A stretch of DNA of 64,000 nucleotides. Source: a virus. Taxonomy: Duplodnaviria > Caudoviricetes. Both the position numbers and the translations under genes were made by a program. The notes beneath the pieces were generated by a model. That model had not been told where the DNA came from and ran no database searches. It worked only from the letters and a program-made list of their open reading frames with translations. The stretch covers positions 1 to 64,000 of IMG/VR virus record IMGVR_UViG_3300037455_000462; one strand, given 5' to 3'. Position 1 is the first letter of the stretch. Every line of letters begins with the position of its first letter. Positions 1 through 9,752 of the stretch are shown one piece after another.

Positions 1-2094
1 ATGACAACCGTGGACGGCGTTACAACATACGAGTATGTCGAGCCTTCTATGGACGCTCCAATCGACCAAGCAAAAACAGCAAAGCAATACGCTGACATCT
101 TTGACGCTGTGAATGGTAACGACAAGGTTTATATCGACTTCAACGGTGAGTTGTGGCCAGTTACGGTTATGCAGAAAACACTTCTTAACGGCGACACCGA
201 CAACACCGCTCCACAAAGCGTGAAGGACGTTCTCGCCCCTGGAACAAGCACCGAACCTAAATTCTTCGTATGCGACACCGCAACAAGAGTTGCTCACCCA
301 ATCGTTAGATACATCATCACTCTTAAATCTGATGAATCACACAAACTCAACGATGACGAAAACCCAACTTCTACGGGCAACTACCTCATCTCTTCAACAT
401 TCAACAACGCTTTCGTTATTTCAGACCAACCACACCCGAACTTCGTGTTCTTGGAAGGAACTGAAGTGTACCAAGCACGTCAATCACTTTCAACCAACGA
501 CACCGTTGACATTGACGGCGTGAAATACGACATCGATTGGAGAGACAACATCTATCCTATCACCACTATCAACAATATGGAAGTCGCAAACGCTGCATAC
601 GCACCCGACTATGTTGCCGCTTATCCTATGGAAGGCAATGACGGCGAGGGCGATGAGCAACAATACATCGACAGCATTCCTTCAACTCTGACAGAGGTGA
701 CTATCAACTTGGGTGCAAACCACTATGAAATGTCAATCACCGTCAAGAGAAGCGTGAACGGAATCGATGCAAAGGACAACGAGTTCTTCATCCCCGCAAA
801 CAGCGATGACGAGTCTTACAACTATGTGAAACTCGGCAACTTCATCCTCTCAAAGGACGGCGACAACCATCGTTTGACAAGAATCGTTGAAATCACGGGT
901 GTCAGCGACAGCAACGGCTTAATCTCTTGGAGAAAGGTCGCTTGCCAAGACAAAGTTGTTCTCAACAACTTCGTTATCGACACCGACACTAACGAGGAAT
1001 GGTGTTCAACCGAATGCTTCTGCGACATCACCGAGTGGTTCACACACTACAACGTGTTCACCTTGGGTGGTTTCGAATTGAAGAAATCCCATATGCCAGA
1101 CGGAAGCAACGAGCGTCAGCACGAAATCCTTGACTTGCTCTCACAAGACTCAAAGGACAGCAACCTCTTCAACGCTCTCATCGACCGCGAACTTATTCAA
1201 TTCCGCTATGTGGTTGACACATTCGGTTTCGGTATCGAGGAATCCTGCAAAGACCAATACACAAAACTTTGTATGGAAAGAAAGAGCGCGTTTGCTATCA
1301 TCAACGCTCCGTCAAGCAATGACTTCAAGAACTCCGAGAACCCGTCATTCATCGACAAGAACAAATCAGTTTCTGCCGAGTTCATCGCCAAGGGCGGCGA
1401 CCCCGACAAGAACCCTACATTCTTGTTCACACTTCCCGATGTGGCTCACGGCGCAACTTGGGGCGCATACTACTACCCATACCTCAAAGTGTACTCAAAC
1501 TACACAACAATCAACGTTCCGCCTGCCGCTTACGTTTCAAACTTGTTCGTGGCTAAATACGAAACGGGTCAACCTTGGAACGCTGTCGCAGGACAGAACA
1601 GAGGCGTTATCAGCGGAAACAACGTTGTGGGCGTTGAATCAACACTCGTGAGAGACAACCGCGATTGGTTAGAGCCTGCGGGTATCAACTCAATCATCTA
1701 CCAAAACGGCGTTGGCTGCGTAATCTACGCTAACAAGACCGCTAAACAGACTCCGAAGTCCGCTTTGAGCGAAATCAACTGCCGCGAGGCTTGCATCTAC
1801 ATCCAAGACGGAGTTGAGAAGATTCTTCGCAACTACTTGTTCGAGGTGAACAACGCACAAACAAGACTTGAAATCAAGACATTGGTTGACAACTTCATCG
1901 ATATGGTGAAGAACAACGGCGGTGTTTATGACTTCAAGACCGTTATGGATAAGTCAAACAATGACGATGAGGTGATTGACCACAATATGGGTGTGATTGA
2001 CATCTTCATCGAACCCGCCCGCGCAATGGACATCCTCGTTCAAAAACTCACGATTTTGAGAACGGGTGTTATCGAAAGCGGTACTTTCGAATAA
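1..2094 (+). CDS. Tail sheath protein, C-terminal part (T4 gp18-like), 5'-truncated by window
   Basis: Sheath motifs YYPYLKV..VPPAAYV, PWNAVAGQNRG, RDWLEPAGINSI, SALSEINCRE, YLFEVNNAQTR, VMDKSNNDDEVIDHN, IFIEPARA. Confidence 0.9.
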   Translation: MTTVDGVTTYEYVEPSMDAPIDQAKTAKQYADIFDAVNGNDKVYIDFNGELWPVTVMQKTLLNGDTDNTAPQSVKDVLAPGTSTEPKFFVCDTATRVAHPIVRYIITLKSDESHKLNDDENPTSTGNYLISSTFNNAFVISDQPHPNFVFLEGTEVYQARQSLSTNDTVDIDGVKYDIDWRDNIYPITTINNMEVANAAYAPDYVAAYPMEGNDGEGDEQQYIDSIPSTLTEVTINLGANHYEMSITVKRSVNGIDAKDNEFFIPANSDDESYNYVKLGNFILSKDGDNHRLTRIVEITGVSDSNGLISWRKVACQDKVVLNNFVIDTDTNEEWCSTECFCDITEWFTHYNVFTLGGFELKKSHMPDGSNERQHEILDLLSQDSKDSNLFNALIDRELIQFRYVVDTFGFGIEESCKDQYTKLCMERKSAFAIINAPSSNDFKNSENPSFIDKNKSVSAEFIAKGGDPDKNPTFLFTLPDVAHGATWGAYYYPYLKVYSNYTTINVPPAAYVSNLFVAKYETGQPWNAVAGQNRGVISGNNVVGVESTLVRDNRDWLEPAGINSIIYQNGVGCVIYANKTAKQTPKSALSEINCREACIYIQDGVEKILRNYLFEVNNAQTRLEIKTLVDNFIDMVKNNGGVYDFKTVMDKSNNDDEVIDHNMGVIDIFIEPARAMDILVQKLTILRTGVIESGTFE

Positions 2095-2112
2095 TCCTAC
2101 TAATCATACGAC

Positions 2113-2146
2113 AAAGAGGGACATTGAAAAATGCCCCTCTTTTTTT
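2113..2146 (+). terminator. Rho-independent terminator after sheath gene
   Basis: AAAGAGGG-CAT / ATG-CCCTCTTT stem plus T-run. Confidence 0.7.
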
Positions 2147-2148
2147 AT

Positions 2149-2156
2149 TATAAATA
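2149..2156 (+). promoter_or_regulatory. T4-type late promoter TATAAATA (representative of about 21 copies)
   Basis: Exact TATAAATA just upstream of start codons. On +: 2149, 11093, 26097. On - (TATTTATA on +): 3479, 6535, 8474, 9736, 10993, 15220, 19486, 20465, 26029, 30935, 31399, 32050, 33022, 37831, 46314, 47628, 50390. Matches the T4 gp55 promoter consensus. Confidence 0.85.
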
Positions 2157-2173
2157 TTACAACAAACAATCCT

Positions 2174-2653
2174 ATGAAAATACTTAACACAGACGAATAC
2201 GTCAACGAAAAACTGAACATACAGCCAATATCAAAAGAACGGCTGAAAGAAATCAACGTTAAGGCTCTGCCGTCTTGGTCTGACACCGTTGTCGAGATAA
2301 ACGCAAAGAGATGGTCTGAAGATTCCGTTGAATGGCTGCGCAACAACAAAGAAGGATGCGCGTTCTTTGAACTCGGAAAATCCGACTGCAAAACGGGAAA
2401 GATGTCAATCGTTATGGGTTGGAGCGGCGGATTTGACGATGACGAGCCGCAGAACCCGAATGCTGACGGTGAATACCGAATATGCGTCAAACTCGCGTAC
2501 AACTGTGACGATATGCAGTGCGACTACGACTACGATTGGGAAATGCCATACGATGAAAACACGGGTGACGTTGACGACACAAACACCGCATACGAGGGGT
2601 TCGATGACGTTATGTGGCTGATAGAATATTGGAGAAAGAACTACAAGAAATAA
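2174..2653 (+). CDS. Hypothetical acidic protein with shared leader (putative internal head protein)
   Basis: Starts MKILNTDEYVNE-KLNIQPISKERL; late promoter upstream, terminator downstream; start re-assigned from 2066 to ATG 2174. Confidence 0.75.
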   Translation: MKILNTDEYVNEKLNIQPISKERLKEINVKALPSWSDTVVEINAKRWSEDSVEWLRNNKEGCAFFELGKSDCKTGKMSIVMGWSGGFDDDEPQNPNADGEYRICVKLAYNCDDMQCDYDYDWEMPYDENTGDVDDTNTAYEGFDDVMWLIEYWRKNYKK

Positions 2654-2729
2654 AAAAAGGCTCGCGGTTGCGAGCCTTTTTTATTTAGTGTTGTGATATA
2701 CAAAAACGCAGGCGATTTGCCTGCGTTTT
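2652..2729. terminator. Two back-to-back terminators between convergent genes
   Basis: AAAAAAAGGCTCGC-GGTT-GCGAGCCTTTTTT (2652-2682) and AAAAACGCAGGC-GATTT-GCCTGCGTTTT (2702-2729). Confidence 0.8.
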
Positions 2730-2770
2730 ATGTTAATTGATTTGAATAAGTTGTCGATTTGACTTACAGA

Positions 2771-3457
2771 TTATCTATTGCCGTATTCTTTTTCCAAATC
2801 TTCAATCATACGGTTTTGCAATTCCTCAACGCAAGCGACCATTTGTGGATAGAGAAGCCAATCCGTAAATTCAAAGTCTTCCTCTTTTACACAAACGTGC
2901 TTTCCACTCGCACCGAGAAATTCCAAATGTTTGTATGGAAACGTATAAGTGAAAATCTCGCTGTATTTGTTCACATAGTCATTATAAATCTCATTCGGTA
3001 TGCTGTTGTATTCCTCCGCATCTCTTGGCTCATCGCTTACCGCAAAACTCAATTCGTTCAAAATCTGTCTGTCTGACAATTCTATATTTCCGTTGTAGAA
3101 CTTGTAATCATAGTGACACCAGTCATCAAATGAGTTGTATTCCTCCCATTCGCCGCAATATATCTCTTTCACAGAGTCGCTATAAAGCGATGGATTGTTC
3201 AAACATTTTGACGCATCGTCATCCGTGTAGTTGTCGCCAACGAGGATTTTCATAGTGTCATTTGGTATATCCGCACTTATAATCCAAGCGGTTTCACCAT
3301 CATATTCACCACGAACAAATCCATATTCTTCTGGACTGTATTTGTAATATTTTTCCTGCATTTCCATAACAACATCTTTTATGTCGTTATAGTCGATTTC
3401 ATTTTTTTCGTTGATTTTGTGACTGTTAAACTCGTCAATTCTCATTATGTGTGTCAT
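2771..3457 (-). CDS. Hypothetical acidic protein with MTHIMRIDE leader
   Basis: 228 aa ORF; leader MTHIMRIDEFNSHKINE; late promoter at 3479. Confidence 0.7.
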   Translation of the reverse strand: MTHIMRIDEFNSHKINEKNEIDYNDIKDVVMEMQEKYYKYSPEEYGFVRGEYDGETAWIISADIPNDTMKILVGDNYTDDDASKCLNNPSLYSDSVKEIYCGEWEEYNSFDDWCHYDYKFYNGNIELSDRQILNELSFAVSDEPRDAEEYNSIPNEIYNDYVNKYSEIFTYTFPYKHLEFLGASGKHVCVKEEDFEFTDWLLYPQMVACVEELQNRMIEDLEKEYGNR

Positions 3458-3508
3458 AAATTCAAATTATATTTCTAATATTTATAACAGTGATTATTTG
3501 GCTTTTTT

Positions 3509-3576
3509 TGTTGATAACTTTGTTGATAACTTTTTCAGAAAAAATCTTTCGTGTATAAAAACATTTTGTATTTTTG
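3509..3576 (+). promoter_or_regulatory. Putative early (host RNAP) promoter: two TGTTGATAAC boxes plus TATTTTTG (-7 element)
   Basis: TGTTGATAAC at 3509 and 3521; TAnnTTTG at 3569-3576; same layout at 6590-6646 and 40405-40460. Confidence 0.65.
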
Positions 3577-3656
3577 CTGCGTGATTGTTATAAGCGGAAT
3601 AACTTATAAACCGCGCTTATAAGTCAAATCACTTATAAACGAAAAATGAATGTATT

Positions 3657-4223
3657 ATGATGAAACAACAAAGCCAATTAAAATCGTCAATAACAACGAT
3701 TAAAAAGCATCTGATTGACTGCGGCTGCACTTTCGAGAAGAAAAGCGAAAACTCGAATTCCGTGTATCTGAAGTTTATGAAAATCACTTTCCGCATTTCA
3801 GACCACTTCTCCCCAATATCCTGCAAGGGTGTGAACATTGTCGTGTCAATCAACGGCAAATTCTCTCTCACCGTGAACGGCGGGCTTTTAATCTACGACA
3901 AGATAGGCGAACTGAAAACGTTTCTTCGCAACTACTGCGAAATGCAGGCTTGCAACAATATTGTCAATATGAACATCGTCTGCGAGAAGATAGGGGAGCA
4001 GACTGAAAAATTGAACAAACTCAAAGCGGACGTTGTGAACGCCAACTCAAGCCTTATGAAAATCAACAGCCAAATCAACAACGCCGAAAAACAAATTGAA
4101 AATGTCAAATACCTAAAATTCAGCGATGACTTTGTTGTTGACTTGTCAGTATTGACGGGCAAGCAAAAAGCAAAACTGCTGCAATACGCAAACGCATACG
4201 CGAAGCAGATGAGCAAGAATTAG
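3657..4223 (+). CDS. Hypothetical early protein with C-terminal coiled coil
   Basis: 188 aa ORF downstream of the early-type promoter. Confidence 0.6.
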   Translation: MMKQQSQLKSSITTIKKHLIDCGCTFEKKSENSNSVYLKFMKITFRISDHFSPISCKGVNIVVSINGKFSLTVNGGLLIYDKIGELKTFLRNYCEMQACNNIVNMNIVCEKIGEQTEKLNKLKADVVNANSSLMKINSQINNAEKQIENVKYLKFSDDFVVDLSVLTGKQKAKLLQYANAYAKQMSKN

Positions 4224-4582
4224 TTTGAATCGTCAAAACACTGAATGGGTATTTTCACAAAGTCAGCCTCCGCCTTCGGATGCAGAGTGTTCCATCCCTG
4301 CGCAAGACCCGTCCAAGCATAACTTGTAAAGTAATTGAACGGGTTTTTGTATTTTTCGGGGTCGAAGTTGCGCCAATACCGCAGTATGTTCATCATAGCG
4401 TGAGCCTTGCAGTCCTCCATATCCTCCTTTGAATCATAATGGTTGCATCTGCTAACACGGTCAATAAGCATCTGACAGTATGTAATCGCATTCGGCGTAA
4501 GTTCGTCCTGCTCCAACGATATGAGCATTTCGTTGTAAAAATCTGTCGGGTCTATATAATTTTTTCCACGTTTTCGTCCCAT
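4220..4582 (-). CDS. Late-transcription sigma factor (T4 gp55-like), short
   Basis: N-terminal NYI motif and RYWRNFDPEKYKNPFNYFT, matching gp55 NFDPEKSxNPFAYFTQ. Confidence 0.75.
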   Translation of the reverse strand: MGRKRGKNYIDPTDFYNEMLISLEQDELTPNAITYCQMLIDRVSRCNHYDSKEDMEDCKAHAMMNILRYWRNFDPEKYKNPFNYFTSYAWTGLAQGWNTLHPKAEADFVKIPIQCFDDSN

Positions 4583-4606
4583 AGTTTATATATGTTCTAC
4601 ATATTA

Positions 4607-4618
4607 TATATAATAAAA
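4607..4618 (-). promoter_or_regulatory. Putative middle promoter TTTTATTATATA (representative of 6 copies)
   Basis: Same 12-mer on - at 4607, 11099, 48376, 54347, 57939 and on + at 20491 (1 mismatch); always intergenic and pointing at a downstream gene. Confidence 0.55.
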
Positions 4619-4642
4619 ATCCCGAATGTTTATTCGGGATTT
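4617..4642 (-). terminator. Terminator hairpin
   Basis: AAATCCCGAAT / ATTCGGGATTT inverted repeat. Confidence 0.65.
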
Positions 4643-4676
4643 CGTTTATTTATAAAGATGTTTCCAATAAATCATA

Positions 4677-5528
4677 CTATCGCTGCAATTTGTTGTTTCT
4701 AATATTCGCCGCCGACATAAAAACATTGGAAAAATAGTTGTACATAGAATCGTACATCCCGTCTATGATTGTTTTTGACAGCATTATCCTATTGTCGGCA
4801 TCTTCTTTCGTAAGTGACGGATTCATAGCGACATTCACCAAACAGCACTCTTCATTGTCGTCAGTAACGAACTCTTTGAATTTACCAAAAACAGAACCCC
4901 CTATCGAGGAAACACCGTTCACGTCATCCTCCATAACAAATGGTGTCACAAAAGACATACCGTATGTGTTCAAGCATTTCAACTTGTTCAAATTAATGTC
5001 CAATTTCATTGAATCGCCTCTGAACCTTTCGAATCCATTATCCAATTTCAAAAACTCTTTGGCTATTTTGTCGTCCCTAACATATATTTTAAGGTCGCTG
5101 AAACGGCGGCATTTCTCGACAAAAACGTCATCGTGTTCCAATGCGTGTATTTGTGAGTTGTTCATACGCCTAATATCGGACGGGATAAACTCGAACACGC
5201 TGTTGTCGTATATTCTTGGAACAAACAGAATAAGGCGACCGCACATTTTGCTGTCCGCTTCATACACTCCTATACCAAGTTTGCTGTTAGTATACAGCAT
5301 AAAGAAATTCGCGTAATTGTCATTAGACTTGATATACTTTATGAGTTCGGAATTGATATATGCAGCCATATCAACCATCTCGCGTGTTGGGTTGTCTTTC
5401 ATACCCAACACACTGTTCGGCTTTTTATTGGCAAGAGGGTCGCTGTTGAACCTATCCTTGTTTCTGTCAGCCAATCTCGCACCAACGCTTTCCGTGATAA
5501 AATCGTCAAATTTTAATATATGTTTCAT
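4677..5528 (-). CDS. Hypothetical protein with capsid-targeting-like leader
   Basis: True start likely MKHILKFDDFITES (ATG 5528); the upstream extension overlaps the next gene. Confidence 0.65.
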   Translation of the reverse strand: MKHILKFDDFITESVGARLADRNKDRFNSDPLANKKPNSVLGMKDNPTREMVDMAAYINSELIKYIKSNDNYANFFMLYTNSKLGIGVYEADSKMCGRLILFVPRIYDNSVFEFIPSDIRRMNNSQIHALEHDDVFVEKCRRFSDLKIYVRDDKIAKEFLKLDNGFERFRGDSMKLDINLNKLKCLNTYGMSFVTPFVMEDDVNGVSSIGGSVFGKFKEFVTDDNEECCLVNVAMNPSLTKEDADNRIMLSKTIIDGMYDSMYNYFSNVFMSAANIRNNKLQR

Positions 5529-5539
5529 AATTATTGTAA

Positions 5540-5956
5540 TTATTTTCTCTTGTCTTTCGGGTAAGTAACCTTGAGTTTCTTGTATATCGGGTACTTCGGT
5601 TTTTTCTTGTGCTGCGCCAACTGCGGGTACGCGCTCACAATCCTGCTGTAAGTCGGGAACGTCTCCACGATGTCGATGCCCGCGTCCTTCAGTCTGAACT
5701 GACGGAAATTGTTGCGTTCCAAATCCCAATACTGAATGTAGCCCAATGACTTGCAGACCTCTATCGAATAGCAATACTCGCCTTTCGGTTTCCAATGCTG
5801 CAATATGTAGTTGCTTTTCAGTGTGCCGAATGCCTTTCTATGTGTGCCGTCCTTTTTCTTGTACTCGAACACAACGAACCCGTTGTGCAAGGCTTCCTTT
5901 ATCTTCTTGCGCTTATAGGTCATTGATTCGAACAGTTCGTATGAATACACTTCCAT
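5540..5956 (-). CDS. SH3/Sm-like beta-barrel protein (WYL_2/DUF2693-like)
   Basis: GFVVFEYKKKDGTHRKAFGTLK ... YWDLERNNFRQFR signature. Confidence 0.7.
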   Translation of the reverse strand: MEVYSYELFESMTYKRKKIKEALHNGFVVFEYKKKDGTHRKAFGTLKSNYILQHWKPKGEYCYSIEVCKSLGYIQYWDLERNNFRQFRLKDAGIDIVETFPTYSRIVSAYPQLAQHKKKPKYPIYKKLKVTYPKDKRK

Positions 5957-5958
5957 AG

Positions 5959-6522
5959 TTAGTCTTCTTTTTTGAAATAGATGCCGTTGTACTTGCTGTT
6001 CTCGGCATCCTTGTTTATACGCATATAGCCTTTCGGCTTTTTAGTCACCAAGAAAGTGACCGATGTATCGACCATAACGTGAGCGGTGTTCATAAAAAGT
6101 CTGTTCAGCAGCATCTTCACATAGTTCTTTGAACGGTCAACGAGGGCAAACGGGATTCTGTAATCCTCACCGTTGAACGATATGTCGAGCAGAACGCTCA
6201 CGCGCTCCTCCTCGTTTCTGTTTCTCACAACGGATTTGCCGAATTTCTTCGAGCGCATTTTCCTGCCGTTGATTTCCCAATTCACATAGTCGCCGTCAAC
6301 CTCGTATTTGTCGCACATAATGGATGACACAGTTCCGTTTCCGCTATCAAATTTCGCAACGAAATCGCCTATTTCGGGAACATTTACCATCTCAAGATAG
6401 CCCACTCTTGTCAAGTCGTTTGTTGACTTGTGTCTTTTCACGCGCTTCTTCTCGCCGCCTTTCTCATACACAAGTTTCTCGCAAATGAAATTATCGTAAG
6501 TTTTTATTTCCATAAAAGTCAT
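5959..6522 (-). CDS. Retropepsin-like (RimK-associated type) protease
   Basis: AKFDSGNG (D-[ST]-G), EERVSV, LVDRS..MLLNR; leader MEIKTYDNFICE. Confidence 0.65.
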   Translation of the reverse strand: MTFMEIKTYDNFICEKLVYEKGGEKKRVKRHKSTNDLTRVGYLEMVNVPEIGDFVAKFDSGNGTVSSIMCDKYEVDGDYVNWEINGRKMRSKKFGKSVVRNRNEEERVSVLLDISFNGEDYRIPFALVDRSKNYVKMLLNRLFMNTAHVMVDTSVTFLVTKKPKGYMRINKDAENSKYNGIYFKKED

Positions 6523-6577
6523 AATATGTCTATATATTTATATGGGGGTGTAGTGTTTGTTTTTGGCTGCATAAAAA

Positions 6578-6646
6578 AGTTGATAATTTTGTTGATAACT
6601 TTATTTCGGAAATGAATCGCTGTAATTGAAAAATATTGTATTTTTG
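6578..6646 (+). promoter_or_regulatory. Putative early promoter with DnaA-box-like sites
   Basis: AGTTGATAAT (6578), TGTTGATAAC (6590), TATTTTTG (6639). Confidence 0.65.
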
Positions 6647-6696
6647 CGGAACATTAAAAACCAAAAAATATGTAGTATTAACCAAAACTTACGATT

Positions 6697-7479
6697 ATGA
6701 AAAGTACAAAGCAGATGACGCAGGAGAAAACCTACGCAAATGAGATTTTCGACAATGCAGAGGGATACATTCGTTCCCCGAATTTCGAGAAATACGTGCA
6801 TTCCATTGCGCGTATGCTGTCCATCAACGACAACTCGGAGATATTCGGCGACATTATGCAAGAGTGCGCTATTGCGGTAATCGAGTCGTTCAACACTTTC
6901 GACCCGCAGAAGTGCGGAGGGTTCTCGTTCTTTTGGGGTCACGCATTCAAACGAATGTACGAGTACGCCAAAAAAGAGATGAACAAGCAAATCAACGTGG
7001 TGCATATTCCGATTCACCGTACCAACGCGGCATTCGGAAACGAAAAGCGAAAGTACGCATACGAGCAGGTGAAGCATACCTACGTCAGAGGTCTTATGTT
7101 CGAGCGGATTTCAGACAATCCGTTTGACCAAGACAATATGGATGACGGCGTGTACCCGCACAACACACAAAACCAAAATTCTACCGTGTGCGGCATCGAG
7201 AAAGGGCGCGACAAGACGCTTTTCGATGACTACCAAATCTCGCTCAACTCGGATTCGGATGCCGTCATAGACATTGCCGAGGCGTACAAGAAACTGCCGA
7301 AAGATTGCCAAACCGTTGTCGGTATGCGCATCGGAAACATCAAGACCGATGACGGAAAAGACAGTTACGACAGCATCGCGAAAACGCTCGGTATATCAAA
7401 ACGCCGTGCGATATACCTATACGCCAAGGGAAGGGATTTGATGAAGGAGGAACTTTCCTGCTACAAATTCAAAACCTAA
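6697..7479 (+). CDS. Phage sigma70-family sigma factor
   Basis: DIMQECAIAVIESFNTFDPQK..FSFF (region 2), VVHIPI, C-terminal HTH SYDSIAKTLGISKRRA (region 4). Confidence 0.7.
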   Translation: MKSTKQMTQEKTYANEIFDNAEGYIRSPNFEKYVHSIARMLSINDNSEIFGDIMQECAIAVIESFNTFDPQKCGGFSFFWGHAFKRMYEYAKKEMNKQINVVHIPIHRTNAAFGNEKRKYAYEQVKHTYVRGLMFERISDNPFDQDNMDDGVYPHNTQNQNSTVCGIEKGRDKTLFDDYQISLNSDSDAVIDIAEAYKKLPKDCQTVVGMRIGNIKTDDGKDSYDSIAKTLGISKRRAIYLYAKGRDLMKEELSCYKFKT

Positions 7480-7505
7480 TTCCATACAACAAAGATTATA
7501 AAAAG

Positions 7506-7533
7506 AAACGCAGTTGGAATCCAACTGCGTTTT
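7506..7533. terminator. Bidirectional terminator
   Basis: AAACGCAGTTGGA / TCCAACTGCGTTT. Confidence 0.75.
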
Positions 7534-7553
7534 GCTTTTTATGGCGATTAGGA

Positions 7554-7862
7554 TTACGCCTCCTGCACTTTGCCGTTTACACTCAAAGCGATATATCCGC
7601 TCTCGTAATTGATTGAATCCTGCTTCGGGGAACGGTCGAGGTTCTCGGAATGGATTTCGAGCATAAACACGCCGTTCTTGTAATTGCGTTTGAGTTCGCG
7701 AAGACCCGCGTTGTATGCAGCGTCAGCCGTGCGGAAAGATTTTTCGTTATCCTCGGATGAAGCGACAATTTCAAGGACTTCCCAATCCTCTGTTGCCTTT
7801 GATATGTTCCAATAGTAGAACATACTCTGCGCCATTTCGTCAATTTTCATTATATGTGTCAT
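7554..7862 (-). CDS. Hypothetical protein with MTHIMKIDE leader
   Basis: Leader and 5' UTR similar to the genes starting at 3457, 15201 and 33002. Confidence 0.7.
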   Translation of the reverse strand: MTHIMKIDEMAQSMFYYWNISKATEDWEVLEIVASSEDNEKSFRTADAAYNAGLRELKRNYKNGVFMLEIHSENLDRSPKQDSINYESGYIALSVNGKVQEA

Positions 7863-7877
7863 AATCAAATTATATTT

Positions 7878-8450
7878 TTATGCAAACCTAACAGACAAGT
7901 ATCTGTCATCAAACTCAACCGTATTGGCAGGGAACAGCATATCGCGGTAACTTTGCAGGATTGTCGTGTGTGTAGTCCAACCTGGCTCCGCATAGCAAAG
8001 GCTGTAAACCCCGTGCAGGTAGATTTCATACAGTTCGTGGTAATACAGATGGTACTTTGCCACTGTGTCGTCCAAATATCCGTATTGACGCTCCTTTGAT
8101 GACTGCCAAACGGAATTCCTCTGATTGTCAAACTCCGATATATCCCTTATGTAATGGTTGCCCGAAACGTCATACGCTCCGAAAGCCATAGTGTAAGTCG
8201 GGTCAAGTTCGCTGTCAACCACAAACCAATTCACGCCCCAAATATCGCCGAACACTCGGCACAAGTCAAACGGCGCGTATCTGTCTATATAGAATTCATA
8301 CAGAGAGTCGTAACTGTCGAATGTGAAATACTGATATTGGCGTGTCTGTTTCTTCCACAGAAAAATCTGAACCTCTCTGATTTCCATTTGGTGAACCCGC
8401 AGGGTGTCAAAGAGGTCTATGATAAGTTTGAATGTAAGCAGTTCAATCAT
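7878..8450 (-). CDS. Hypothetical late protein
   Basis: 190 aa ORF behind TATAAATA at 8474. Confidence 0.55.
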   Translation of the reverse strand: MIELLTFKLIIDLFDTLRVHQMEIREVQIFLWKKQTRQYQYFTFDSYDSLYEFYIDRYAPFDLCRVFGDIWGVNWFVVDSELDPTYTMAFGAYDVSGNHYIRDISEFDNQRNSVWQSSKERQYGYLDDTVAKYHLYYHELYEIYLHGVYSLCYAEPGWTTHTTILQSYRDMLFPANTVEFDDRYLSVRFA

Positions 8451-8492
8451 AATATATCGCCAATAATACGATATATTTATAAACCGCGAGTG

Positions 8493-8744
8493 CTACATCT
8501 TTGCGAAAATTCTTTCCTCTTTGAGGCATTCGTATGTTTTCGTTCCGATATAAACGGGGGTTGTATGTCCTATGGGCTTCAGTATTCTGTCGCCCACCTT
8601 GAACTTCGAGTTCTCGCCGACAGCGACAACGGTCGCCACGCGCTGATAATGCTGCTTCGGCAATATGATGCCGCTTTCGGTTTTTTCTTCAAACAAAGGC
8701 TCGTCCTTAATCATAACGTAGCCGTTCTGCATTCTGACATTCAT
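8493..8744 (-). CDS. groES: GroES-like co-chaperonin
   Basis: EEKTESGIILP, VVAVGE, KVGDRIL, LKEERIFA. Confidence 0.85.
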   Translation of the reverse strand: MNVRMQNGYVMIKDEPLFEEKTESGIILPKQHYQRVATVVAVGENSKFKVGDRILKPIGHTTPVYIGTKTYECLKEERIFAKM

Positions 8745-8746
8745 AA

Positions 8747-9406
8747 TTAAAAAAGTTTTGGTTCGGTTTCTTCTTGTGATTCCTCGGTTTTTGCACTGTT
8801 GAGCATTTCGGTTTTGACTTTCGAGGCGGCAGCGTCAATGAGTTTCATCAAGTCGCGGGAACTTCTTGTTTTTGCACTGATTGCGTCAGTATCTTCTTCC
8901 GCCTCTACTTCGATAGCAGCCGTCATTTCGACATCGGTCGTTATCTGCTTGAACGATTCCTCTATTGAGGTTAGGTAGAGATTTTTCGTTTTGAGGAGTT
9001 CGACCTCCGTTTTCTGCAAGTCGGTAAAACATTTTACCATATTCGGGTTTATGAAACCCGTCAGTATGCTGTCGGCGACAGCCTTTATCACGTCCTCGGT
9101 GAGTTCGACTTGGTAGATTATCTTGCCGAGGCTGTCGGCATCCGCTTTCGCCTTGAACTGAACATAGTCGATGTCGTTGGAATTTTTAGAGTAAAGTTCT
9201 TTCGCGGAACTGACAATCTCCTCCGCCGCCTTTTTAGCGGCATTCGTCCGCTCTATCATCTCTTTGTCGCGTTCCTCACGCGCCTTGCGCAACGCTTCCT
9301 CGTCATTCTCCTCGAACACGAGCGTGTTGTTTTCCAATATGTTCGGGACAGTACCGTCATTGAAATCGTCAAGGATTCCTTCTATTTGGTCTGTGTTACT
9401 GCTCAT
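8747..9406 (-). CDS. Helical protein, possibly terminase small subunit (gp16-like)
   Basis: PNMVKCFTDLQK..ELLK and SSRDLMKLI loosely resemble gp16 motifs; ends KLF. Confidence 0.35.
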   Translation of the reverse strand: MSSNTDQIEGILDDFNDGTVPNILENNTLVFEENDEEALRKAREERDKEMIERTNAAKKAAEEIVSSAKELYSKNSNDIDYVQFKAKADADSLGKIIYQVELTEDVIKAVADSILTGFINPNMVKCFTDLQKTEVELLKTKNLYLTSIEESFKQITTDVEMTAAIEVEAEEDTDAISAKTRSSRDLMKLIDAAASKVKTEMLNSAKTEESQEETEPKLF

Positions 9407-9716
9407 TTTCGTTTATTATATTTGTCGATGTGTTTGTTGACCAACCTCCGCTGCTACCGTAACCGCCGTATCCGCGAAGCGGGCAGTTGATGCAGTCACG
9501 ATGCGGATTCGAGCAATGCGCCCAATCCGAACAGTTTTGGTTGTAGTCAACGGCAGGCACGTATATTGGGTTGTTGCGTGCAAGCAACGCCGCGTCAAGA
9601 GCCTCGTTGCAGGCAATAAGCATATCAATCAACTCGTCCTTTGATTTTTGGGCGTATATCTTTCTCGCTTCATCCCTTGTAATTAGCCTAATCGTCACAC
9701 ATTTGTTATTTTCCAT
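9396..9716 (-). CDS. Small Cys-rich hypothetical protein
   Basis: CSDWAHCSNPHRDCINCPLR. Confidence 0.55.
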   Translation of the reverse strand: MENNKCVTIRLITRDEARKIYAQKSKDELIDMLIACNEALDAALLARNNPIYVPAVDYNQNCSDWAHCSNPHRDCINCPLRGYGGYGSSGGWSTNTSTNIINENEQ

Positions 9717-9752
9717 AGTGATTATTTAAATTGTTTATTTATATCTATCCGT

